DNA from: Octopus vulgaris
Lineage: Eukaryota
Assembly: GCA_951406725.2 (NCBI GenBank)
Contig: OX597832.1
Location: forward strand, 34,844,001-34,908,000
Length of the DNA: 64,000 nt
Direction of reading: 5' to 3'
The translations under genes and the position numbers were made by a program. Numbering within the stretch: position 1 is the first letter of the stretch; every line of letters starts with the position of its first letter. Below, in pieces: positions 52,301 through 64,000 of the stretch. Under the pieces are notes generated by a model. It was not told the origin of the DNA. It searched no databases and saw only the letters and a list, made by a program, of their open reading frames with translations.

Positions 52301-55300
52301 GTTATTCAGGGGCAGGTTATTCAGGGGCAGTTAATCCAGGGGTATATCATTCACTGGCAGGTAATTCCGGGCAGGTAATTTAGGGATAGATAATTCGGGC
52401 ATATCATTCAGGGTCAGATCATTCATGTGCATGTAATTAAGAGGCATGTAATTGAGGGGCTGGTAATTCAGGTGTTTGTAATTCAGGGGCAGGTAATTCA
52501 GATGCATGTAATTTAGAGGCAGGTAATTCAGGGGTATGTAATTCAGGGGCAGGTAATTCAGGGGCAGGTAATTTAGAGGTATGTCATTCATTGGCAGATA
52601 ATTCAGGGACATGTAATTAAGGGGCATGTAGTTCAGGGGCATGTAATTCATGGGCAGGTAATTGAGGGGCAGGTAATTCACGGGCATGTAATTCAGGTGT
52701 ATGTATTTTAGGGGCAGGTAATTCACGGGCATGTAATTCAGGTGTATGTAATTCATGGGTAGGTAATTGAGGGGCAGGTAATTCACGGGCATGTAATTCA
52801 GGGACTCAGGGGCAGATAATTCAGGGGCATGTAATTCAGGAGCTGATAATTCAGGTGTATGTAATTCAGGGGCATTTAATTCAGGTGCACTTCATTCAGG
52901 GGCAGGTAATTCAGGGGCATGTAATTCATGGGCGGGTAATTGAGGGGAAGGTAATCCAGGGGCAGGTGATTTAGAGGAATGTCATTCATTGGCAGGTAAT
53001 TCAGGGGCAGGTAATTCAGAGGAAGGTAATTCAGGGGTAATTTAAGGACAGGTAATTTATAGGAATGTCATTCATGGGCAGGTAATTCAGGAGCTTGTAA
53101 TTCAGGGGCAGGTAATTCAGGGGCATGTAATTCAGATGAAATGTAATTCAGGGGCAGGTATCTAGGTGCAGGTATTTCAGGGGTATGTCATTCACGGGCA
53201 GGTAATTCAGGGGCAGGTAATCTAGGTGCAGGTATTTCAGGGGTATGTCATTCACGGGCAGGTAATTCAGGGGCAGATAATTTAGGGATAGATAATTCAG
53301 AGATATGTCATTCAGGGGCAGGTCATTCAGGTGCATGTAATTAAGAGACATGTAATTGAGGGGCAGGTAATTCAGGGTCATGTAATTCAGGTGTTTTAAT
53401 TCAGGGGCAGGTAATTCAGATGCATGTAATTTAGTTGCAGGTAATTCAGGGGCCGGTACTTCAGGGTTAAGTAATTAAGGGGCATGTCATTCAGAGCAAG
53501 GTAATTCAGACGCAGGTAATTGAGGGGCATGTAATTCAGGTGCAGGTAATTCAGGGGCATGTAATTAAGGGGCATGTAATTCAGCGGCATGTAATTGAGG
53601 AGCAGGTAATTGAGGGGAATGTAATTCAGGGGAAGGTAATTCAGGGGCATGTAATTCAAGGGCATGTAATTCGTGGGTGGGTAATTCAGAGCAATGTATT
53701 TCAGGGGCATGTAATTCAGGTGCAGGTAATTCAGGTGCATGTAACTCAGGGGCATGTAATTGAGGTGCAGATAATTGAGGGGCATGTAATTTAGGTGTAT
53801 GTAATTCAGGGGTAGGTTATTCAGGGGCATGTAATTTAGGGGCATGTAATTCGTGGGTGGGTAATTCAGAGCAATATATTTCAGGGGAAGGTAATCCAGG
53901 GGCAGGTAATTCAGGGGTAATTCAGGGACAGGTAATTCAGAGGAATGTCATTCATGGGCAGGTAATTTAGGGGCAGGTAATCGAGGGGCATGTAATTCAG
54001 GGGCATGTAATTCAGATGAAAGGTGAGTCAGGGGCATGTAATTCAGGGCAGGTAATCAGGGGCATGTAATTCAGGGCAGGTAATCTAGGTGCAGGTAATT
54101 CAGGGGCCGGTAATTTAGGGATAGATAATTCAGAGGCATGTCATTCAGGGCAGGTCATTGAGGTGCATGTAAATAAGAGGCAGGTAATTCAGAGCTATGT
54201 ATTTCAGGTGTTTGTAATTCAGGGGCAGGTAATTCAGATGCATGTAATTTAGGGGCAGGTACTTCAGGGGTATGTAATTCAGGGGCAGGTAATTGAGGGG
54301 TATGTAATTCAGGTGTATGTTATTCAGGGGCAGGTAATTCATGGCCAGGTAATTCAGGGGCATGTAATTTTGGGGCAGGAAATTCACGGGCAGGTAATTC
54401 ACGGGCATGTAATTCAGGGGCAGGTAATTCAGGTGCAGGTTATTCAGGGACTCAGGGGTAGATAATTCAGGGGCATGTAATTCAGGGTCAGGTAATTCAG
54501 GTGTATGTAATTCAGGGGCAGGTAATTCAGGGGCATGTAATTCAGGGGCAGGTTATTCCGGGGCATGTAATTTGGGGGCAAGTAATTTAGGGGCAGGTAA
54601 TTCATGGGCGGGTAATTGATGCGAAGGTAATCCAGGGGCAGGTAGTTCAGGTGCAGGTGATTTAGAGGAATGTCATTCATTGGCAGGTAATTCAGGGGCA
54701 CTTAATTTAGAGTGTAATTCAGGGGAAGGTAATCCAGGGGCAGGTAATTCAGGGAAAGGTAATTTATAGGAATGTCATTCATGGGCAGGTGATTGAGGGG
54801 CATGTCATTCAGGGACAGGTAATTCAGGGGCCCATAATTTAGGGGCAGGTAATTCAAAGGCACGTAATTCAGGTGTATGTAATTCAGGGGCAGGTAATTC
54901 AATTGCAGGTTATTCAGGGACATGTGACTCAGGGGCAGGTAATTCAGGTGTATGTAATTCAGGTGCATGTAATTCATGGGCAGGTAATTCAGGGGCATGT
55001 AATTCAGGGGAAGGTAATTTAGGGGCAGGAACTTCAGGGGCAGATTATTGAGTGTCAGGTTATTCAGGTATAGGTTATTCAGGGACAGGTAATCCAGGGG
55101 TATGTAATTAAGGGGCAGGTCATTCAGGGGCACGTAATTCATGGGCATAAAATTCAGGGGATGGTAATTCAGGGGGAGGTAATTCAGGGGCACGTAATTC
55201 AGGGGCATGTTATTCAGGTGCAGGTAATTGAGGGGCATTTAATTAAGGGGCATGTAATTCTGGGTTAGGTAATCCAGGGGCATGTAATTGAGGGGCATGT

Positions 55301-58300
55301 AATTCAGGGGTAGTTAATTCAGGGGTAGGTAATTCAGGGGCATGTAATTCATGGGTGGGTAATTCAGGGACAGGTAATTTAGAGGAATGTCATTCATGGG
55401 CAGGTAATTCAGGGGTATGTAATTCTGGGTTATGTAATCCAGGGACATGTAATTCTGGGTCAGGTAATCCAGGGGCATGTAATTCAGGAGCATGTAATTC
55501 AGGGGCAGGTAATCTAGGTGCAGGTATTTCAGGGGCATGTCATTCTCGGGCAGGTAATTCATGGGCAGGTAATTTAGGGATAGATAATTCAGGGTCAGGT
55601 CATACAGGTGCATGTAATTAAGAGCCATGTGATTGAGGGGCAGATAATTCAGGCCATGTAATTCAGGGGCAGGCAATTCAGATGCATGTAATTTAGGGGC
55701 AGGTAATTCAGGGGTATGTAATTTTGGGGCAGGTAATTCAGGTGTATCTTATTCTGGTGTATGTTATTCAGGGGCATGTAATTCAGGGGCATGACATTCA
55801 CGGGCAGGTAATTTAGGGATAGATAATTGAGGGGCATATCATTCAGGGTCAGGTCATTCATGTGCATGTAATTAAGAGGCATTTAATTGAGGGGCATCTA
55901 ATTCAGGTGTTTGTAATTCAGGGGCAGGTAATTCAGATGCATGTAATTTAGGGGAAGGTAATTCAGGGGTATGTAATTCAGGGGCAGGTAATTTAGAGGA
56001 ATGTCATTCATTGGCAGATAATTCCGGGACATGTAATTCAGGGGCATGTAATTCAGGGAAAGGTAATTCAGGGGCAGGTAATTCAGGGTTAGGTAATTCA
56101 GCGGCATGTAATTGAGGTGCATGTATGTAATTCAGGGGTAGGTAATTCAGGGGCATGTAATTCAGGGGCATGTAATTCGTGGGTGGGTAATTCAGAGGAA
56201 TGTCATTCATCTGCAGGTAATTTAGGGGCAGGTAATCCAGGGGCATGTAATTCAGATGAAAGGTAATTCAGGGGCATGTCATTCACGGGCAGGCAATTCA
56301 GGGGCTGGTAATTTAGGGATAGATAATTCAGAGGCATGTCATTCAGGGGCAGGTCATTCAGGGTCATGTAATTTAGGGGCAGGTACTTCAGGGGCAGGTA
56401 ATTCAGGGTCATTTAATTCATGGGCCGGTAATTGGGGGGCAGGTAATTCATAGGCAGGTAATTCATGGGCAGGTAATTGAGGGGCATGTCATTCCGGGGC
56501 AGGTAATTCAGGGGCAGGTAATTCAGGGGCATGTAATTTAGGGGCAGGTAATTCAGGTGTATGTAATTCAGGTGCAGGTTATTCAGGGACTCAGGGGTAG
56601 ATAATTCAGGGGCATGTAATTCAGGTGTATGTAAATCAGGGGCATTTAAATCAGTTGCATGTAATTCAGGGGCATGTAATTCAGGTGCATGTAATTCATG
56701 GGCAGGTAATTCAGGGGTATGCAATTCAGGGGCATGTCATTCAGGGGCATGTCATTCTGGGAAGGTAATTCAGGGGCAGGTAATTCAGGGCTAGGTAATC
56801 CAGGGGCAGGTAATTCAGGGGCATGTAAATCAGTTGCATGTAATTCAGGTGTATGTAATTCAGGTGTATGTTATTCAGGGGCAGGTTATTCAGGTATAGG
56901 TTATTCAGGGGCAGGTAATCCAGATCTAACTAATTAAGGGGCATGTCATTCAGGGGCATGTAATTTAGGGGCAGGTAATTCACGGGCATGTAATTCAGGT
57001 GTATGTAATTTATGGGAAGGTAATTCAGGGGTATGTAATTCAGGGGCATGTCATTGAGGGGCAGGTAAATCGGGCATGTAATTCATGTGCGGGTAATTGA
57101 GGGGAAGGTAATCCAGGTGCAGGTGATTTAGAGTAATGTCATTCATTGGCAGGTAATTCAGGGGCAGGTAATACAGAGCAATGTAATTTTGGGGCAGGTA
57201 ATCCAGGGGCATGTAATTCAGATGAAAGGTAATTCATGGGCATGTCATTCACGGGCAGTTAATTCAGGGGCTGGTAATTTAGGGATAGATAATTCAGAGG
57301 CATGTCATTCAGGGGCAGGTCATTCAGGGTCATGTAATTTAGGGGCAGGTACTTCAGGGGCAGGTAATTCAGGGGCATTTAGTTCATGGGCCGGTAATTG
57401 GGGGGCAGGTAATTCATGGGCAGGTAATTGAGGGGCATGTCATTCAGGGGCATTTAATTCAGGGGCAGGTAATTCAGGTGTATGTTATTCAGGTGCAGGT
57501 TATTCAGGGACTCAGGGGTAGATAATTCAGGGGCATGTAATTCAGGTGCATGTAATTCATGGGCAGGTAATTCAGGGGTATGCAATTCAGGGGCATGTCA
57601 TTCAGGGGCATTTCATTCTGGGAAGGTAATTCAGGGGCAGGTAATTCAGGGCTAGGTAATCCAGGGGCAGGTAATTCAGGGGCATGTAATTGAGGGGCAT
57701 GTAATTCAGGGGCAGGTTATTCAGGTATAGGTTATTCAGGGGCAGGTAATCCAGGGCTAACTAATTAAGGGGCATGTCATTCAGGGGCATGTAATTTAGG
57801 GGCAGGTAATTCACGGGCAGGTAATTCACGTGCATGTAATTCAGGTGTATGTAATTTATGGGAAGGTAATTCAGGGGTATGTAATTCAGGGGCATGTCAT
57901 TGAGGGGCAGGTAAATCGGGCATGTAATTCATGTGCGGGTAATTGAGGGGAAGGTAATCCAGGTGCAGGTGATTTAGAGTAATGTCATTCATTGGCAGGT
58001 AATTCAGGGGCAGGTAATACAGAGCAATGTAATTTAGGGGCAGGTAATCCAGGGGCATGTAATTCAGATGAAAGGTAATTCATGGGCATGTCATTCACGG
58101 GCAGTTAATTCTGGGGCTGGTAATTTAGGGATAGATAATTCAGAGGCATGTCATTCAGGGGCAGGTCATTCAGGGTCATGTAATTTAGGGGCAGGTACTT
58201 CAGGGGCAGGTAATTCAGGGGCATTTAGTTCATGGGCCGGTAATTGGGGGGCAGGTAATTCATGGGCAGGTAATTGAGGGGCATGTCATTCAGGGGCAGG

Positions 58301-61300
58301 TAATTCAGGTGTATGTTATTCAGGTGCAGGTTATTCAGGGACTCAGGGGTAGATAATTCAGGGGCATGTAATTCAGGTGTATGTAATTCAGGGGCATGTA
58401 AATCAGTTGCATGTAATTCAGGGGCATGTAATTCAGGTGCATGTAATTCATGGGCAGGTAATTCAGGGGTATGCAATTCAGGGGCATGTCATTCAGGGGC
58501 ATGTCATTCAGGGAAGGTAATTCAGGGCTAGGTAATCCAGGGGCAGGTAATTGAGGGGCATGTAATTGAGGGGCATGTAATTCAGGTGTATGTAATTCAG
58601 GTGTATGTTATTCAGGGGCAGGTTATTCAGGGGCAGGTAATCCAGGGGTAACTAATTAAGGGGCAGGTCATTCAGGGGCATGTAATTTAGGGGCAGGTAA
58701 TTCACGGGCATGTAATTCAGGTGTATGTAATTTATGGGAAGGTAATTCAGGTGTATGTAATTTATGGGAAGGTAATTCAGGGGTATGTAATTCAGGGGCA
58801 TGTCATTGAGGGGCAGGTAAATCGGGCATGTAATTCATGTGCGGGTAATTGAGGGGAAGGTAATCCAGGTGCAGGTGATTTAGAGTAATGTCATTCTCTG
58901 GCAGGTAATTCAGGGGCAGGTAATACAGAGCAATGTAATTTAGGGGAAGGTAATCCAGGGGGAGGTAATTTATAGGAATGTCATTCATGGGCAGGTAATT
59001 CAGGGTCTTGTTATTCAGGGGCATGTAATTGAGGTGCAGGTAATTGAGGGGCTTGTAATCCAGGTGTATGTAATTCAGGGGCATGTAATTCGTGGGTGGG
59101 TAATTCAGAGGAATGTAATTCGGGGGAAGGTAATCCAGGGGCAGGTAATTCAGGCGTAATTCAGGGAAAGGTAATTTAGAGGAATGTCATTCATGGGCAG
59201 GTAATCCAGGGGCATGTAATTCAGGTGCATGTAATTCAGGGGCACGTCATTCACGGGCAGGTAATTCAGGGGCTGGTAATTTAGGGATAGATAATTCAGA
59301 GGCATGTCATTCAGGGGCAGGTCATTCAGGTACATGTAATTAAGAGGCAGGTAATTCAGGGCCATGTAATTCAGGTGCTTGTAATTCAGGGGCACGTAAT
59401 TCAGATGCATGTAATTTAGGGGCAGGTACTTCAGGGGAAGGTAATTTAGAGGCATTTAATTCATGGGCAGGTAATTTAGAGGCATTTAATTCATGGGCAG
59501 GTAATTGAGGGGCATGTATTTTAGGGCCAGGTAGTTCACGGGCAGGTAATTGAGGGGCATGTCATTCAGGGGCAGGTAATTCAGGTGCAGGTTATTCAGG
59601 GACTCAGGGGTAGATAATTCAGGGGCATGTAATTCAGGGTCAGGTAATTCAGGTGTATGTAACTCAGGGACAGGTAATTCAGGGGCATGTAATTCATGGG
59701 CAGGTTATTCAGGGGCATGTAATTTAGGGGCAAGTAATTTAGGGGCAGGTAATTTAGAGGAATATTGGCAGATAATTCAAGGACATGTAATTAAGGGGCA
59801 TGTAATTCATGGGCAGGTAATTTAGGGGCATGTAATTCATGGGCGGGTAATTGAGGCGAAGGTAATCCAGGGGCAGGTAGTTCAGGTGCAGGTGATTTAG
59901 AGGAATGTCATTCATTGGCAGGTAATTCAGGGGCAGGTAATTTAGAGTGTAATTCAGGGGAAGGTAATCCAGGGGCAGGTAATTCAGGGGTAATTCAGGG
60001 AAAGGTAATTTAGAGGAATGTCATTCATGGGCAGGTGATTGAGGGGCAGGTAATTCAGTGGCAGGTAATTCACGGGCAGGTAATTCAGGGGTAATTCAGG
60101 GACAGGTAATTTATAGGTATGTCATTCATGGGCAGGTGATTGAGGGGCATGTCATTCAGGGACAGGTAATTCAGGGGCCCATAATTTAGGGGCAGGTAAT
60201 TCAAAGGCATGTAATTCAGGTGTATGTAATTCAGGGGCAGGAAATTCAGATGCAGGTTATTCAGGGACATGTGACTCAGGGGTAGGTAATTCAGGGGCAG
60301 GTAATTCAGGTGTATGTAATTCAGGGGCATGTAATTCAGGTGCATGTAATTCATGGGCAGGTAATTCAGGGGCATGTAATTCAGGGAAGGTAATCCAGGG
60401 GTATGTAATTAAGGGGCAGGTCATTCAGGGCATGTCATTCAGGGGCAGGTAATTCATGGGCATGAAATTCAGGGGATGGTAATTCAGGGGCACGTAATTC
60501 AGGGGCATGTTATTCAGGTGCAGGTAATTCAGGGGCATGTAATTAAGGGGCATGTAATTCAGGTGCATGTAATTCTGGGTTAGGTAATCCAGGTGCATGT
60601 AATTCTGGGTTAGGTAATCCAGGGGCATGTAATTGAGGGGTAGGTAATTCAGGGGCATGTAATTCAGGGGCATGTAATTCATGGGTGGGTAATTCAGAGG
60701 AATGTAATTCAGGGGAAGGTAATTCAGGGACAGGTAATTTAGAGGAATGTCATTCATGGGCAGGTAATTCAGGGGCATGTAATTCTGGGTTAAGTAATCC
60801 AGGGGCATGTAATTCAGGGGCAAGTAATCTAGGTGCATGTAATTCAGGGGCATGTCATTCACGGGCAGGTAATTCATGGGCAGGTAATTTAGGGATAGAT
60901 AATTCAGGGTCAGGTCATACAGGTGCATGTAATTAAGAGGCATGTAATTGAGGGGCAGATAATTCAGGGCCATGTAATTTAGGGGCAGGTAATTCAGGGG
61001 TATGTAATTTTGGGGCAGGTAATTCAGGTGTATCTTATTCTGGTGTATGTTATTCAGGGGCATGTAATTCAGGGGCAGTTTATCCAGGGGCATGACATTC
61101 ACGGGCAGGTAATTCCGGGGCAGGTAATTTAGGGATAGATAATTGAGGGGCATATCATTCAGGGTCAGGTCATTCATGTGCATGTAATTAAGAGGCATGT
61201 AATTAAGGGGCATGTATTTCAGGGGCATCTAATTCAGGTGTTTGTAATCCAGGGGCAGGTAATTCAGATGCATGTAATTTAGGGGAAGGTAATTCAGGGG

Positions 61301-61893
61301 TATGTAATTCAGGGGCAGGTAATTTAGAGGAATGTCATTCATTGGCAGATAATTCCGGGACATGTAATTCAGGGGCATGTAATTCAGGGAAAGGTAATTG
61401 AGGGGCAGGTAATTCAGGTGCATGTAATTCAGGGACATGTAACTCAGGGGCAGGTAATTCAAGGGCAGGTAATACAGGGGCATGTAATTAAGGGGCAGGA
61501 AATTCAGGGCCATGTAATTCAGGGCCATGTAATTAAGGAGCAGGTAATTGAGGGGCAGTTAATTCAGGGGCATGAAATTCAGGGGCATGTAATTCGGGCA
61601 TGTAATTCAGGGGCGGGTAATTCAGTGGTAATGTAATCCAGGGGCAGGTAATGCAGCGGTTGGTAATTTAGAGGAATGTCATTCAGGGACATGTAATTCA
61701 GGGACATGTAATTCAGGGGAAGGTAATTGACGGGCAGGTAATTCAGGTGCATATAATTCAGGGACATGTAACTCAGGTACAGGTAATTCAAGGGCAGGTA
61801 ATACAGGGTCATGTAATTCAGGGCCATGTAATTCAGGGCCATGTAATTAAGGGGCAGGACATTCAGGTACATGTAATTCAGGGCCACGTAATT
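49365..61893 (+). repeat. 12.5-kb satellite of a 15-bp unit GTAATTCAGGGGCA(G/T), about 830 units, with higher-order duplications
   Basis: Direct reading. The plus strand is G-rich. The minus-strand frame reads [LMI][PHST]LN[YD] pentapeptides. Confidence 0.98.
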
Positions 61894-62511
61894 ACCTCCC
61901 TTAAGTAGTTATCTCCCTTAAGTATGTAGTTATCGTAATATACGCTTTGTCGCTCTTAGACTCTTTCCGTTATTTCACTGCGACCATGGTGGAGCACCGC
62001 CTTTAGTGAAGCAAATCAAGCCCAGGAATTATTCTTTGTATGCCTATTACTTAATGTATAGGTCTCTTTTGCAGAACCGATAAGTTACGGGGACGTAATG
62101 TTCGATATACTTATTTAGTAGTTATTTATTTATTGTAAGAATTTCAATTATCATAAATTATGGGCTAGGAAAAATACTAGAAACTTTTTTGATAGACCTA
62201 TTGGGGCTCCTTGTGTGTGTGGGACTGTTTTTATTTATGTGAGTGTGGGTATTTTCATTTCAGTGTTTGTGTGTGAGAGTGTTTTTATTTCTGTGTGCGC
62301 GAGTGTGTGAGCGACTGAGTGTTTCTATTTGTTTGTGTGTACGTCACTTACAACTACAACAAACACTTTGACCATTTGTAAGATACCCACATTTGTGATC
62401 ACTAAATACTAAATCAAAATAAGTCAATTTATTGCACCTTCATATATACACACACACACACACACATACACATGTATGTGTTTGTGTATTTATATGTCGT
62501 ACATAGCGTCG

Positions 62512-62544
<33 letters not shown>

Positions 62545-62760
62545 AAATATATACATACAGATATACGTGAATATACCAACACACGTATATGTAGTATCTA
62601 AAACAAAAAAGAAACTGTAAGGGATGGAATGGGAGTTCATTCCGTTTTATTAAGAAAACTTGCATCTGTATGTGTGATAGTACGTGCGTGCATTCTCGTG
62701 TGCCCTTCGAGTGCGAACATACACAGACACACACAAACACACGCACGCACACACGCACAC

Positions 62761-62793
<33 letters not shown>

Positions 62794-63705
62794 TGCACAC
62801 ACACACACACACACACGCACACACACACAGACACACACACACACATTTAAACATATATACGACGAGATTCTATCAATTTCCTTCCACTAAATCCCATCAC
62901 AAGGATTAGCTAGGCCCTGGGCTACAATAGTAAACAATTGCAGAAGATGACAGGCAGTGGGAATGAACCCGAAACCATGTGGTTCGTAAGCAAACTACTT
63001 ACAACAGCCATTCCTACGTCGATATTCATATATACGACGGCTTCTTTCAGTTTCCCTCTACAAACTCCACTCAGAATACATTGGTTGGCCCTAGGCTATA
63101 GTCGAATACACTTGCCGAAGGTGCAACGCTGTTGGTTTGAACTCGGCACATTGCGGTTCGTGAGCAATCATTCTCACAGAAATGCGCGCACAAACAGACA
63201 CAGAATGTCGCGGTTGAAAGGTCAACATGTTTAAAACATAAATACCTACGAGTTTGCGTATATGCATGTATCTATGTGCCTGGGTGCGGACGTGTGTTTC
63301 CAGAATGTCTCAGTTTTAAGGTCAACATATTTGAAACATAAATAGGTACGAGATGGCGTCTTTGCATATATCTATATTCGTGGGTGCAGGACGTGTGAGT
63401 GTTTCTGCGTGTGTGAGCACAGTCCACCTATACCCAAGCTGGTTGCATTGTCTCATAAGAACCAGCCGTGAAAGTTCCGGACCCCATTAATGAACTCATT
63501 TGCATACAAACAATTAGGTCCCGCCTTGAACTTGTCCGGTTAACAAACAGTAGTGTCTGAATGGGAATTAGCTTGCTTACCTAACAAATGTTTTCGAGTT
63601 CAGTCACACTGGGTGGCATGTTGGGCAAATGTCTTCTACTATAGTCTCGGGCCGACCAAAGCCTTGTGAGTGGATTTGGGAGACGGAAACTAAAAGAAGA
63701 CTGTC

Positions 63706-63753
<48 letters not shown>

Positions 63754-63899
63754 GTAAGAGTGGCTACGTAGCTTGCTTTCCAAACACGGTGTTTCTGGTT
63801 CTGTCCAACTACGTGGCCCCAATATAGCCTCGGACAGACCAACGTTTCTGAGTAGATTTGGTACACCGAAACAGAAAGTAGCCCGTGGTATATAGATAG

Positions 63900-63971
<72 letters not shown>

Positions 63972-64000
63972 TATATATTGACAGATATATGTATATATGT
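61894..64000 (+). repeat. Another copy of the macro-repeat mosaic, running off the window end
   Basis: It starts with CTCCCTTAAGT...GTTATCTCCCTTAAGTATGTAGTTATCGTAAT (as at about 47840-47888). Markers are at about 62083 and 63194, and it is colinear with about 36860-38900. Confidence 0.93.

Noticed and set aside
49365-61893. Reflectin or classical pentapeptide-repeat (A[DN]Lxx) protein gene
   Set aside because: It lacks the reflectin MD-x5-MD motif. Proline in most units does not fit the A[DN]Lxx beta-helix consensus, and there are multiple stops and frameshifts. Not called as CDS.

Overview
This is AT-rich eukaryotic (animal) genomic DNA made almost entirely of repeats. The tRNA-derived SINEs, (GAT)n-tailed RTE LINEs and dense (TA)n/(CA)n microsatellites resemble an octopus/coleoid cephalopod genome (inference). 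I found no intact host gene, RNA gene or CRISPR array. Bases 1-35 kb are nested, decayed transposons: CR1-type, RTE, Tx1/L1, R4/Dong-type and Penelope-like retroelements, three Ty3/gypsy remnants, a full-length mariner with TIRs, a Tc1 remnant, a Helitron helicase and MITE-like hairpins. Bases 35.6-64 kb are a tandemly amplified 2.1-2.5 kb SINE/microsatellite mosaic. It is interrupted by a CR1 fragment, a 34-bp minisatellite and a 12.5-kb G-rich 15-bp satellite (GTAATTCAGGGGCAK). The satellite's minus strand reads as [LM]PLNY pentapeptides and abuts a Penelope RT fragment in frame. The most notable observations are that satellite and its two junctions, a C4HC3 (PHD-like) finger inside RTE ORF2, a fold-back 5' end on an RTE copy, a minisatellite derived from the RTE ORF2 end, and a duplicated exon-like segment conserved at protein level. 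All family assignments come from motif recognition by eye; no database search was run.
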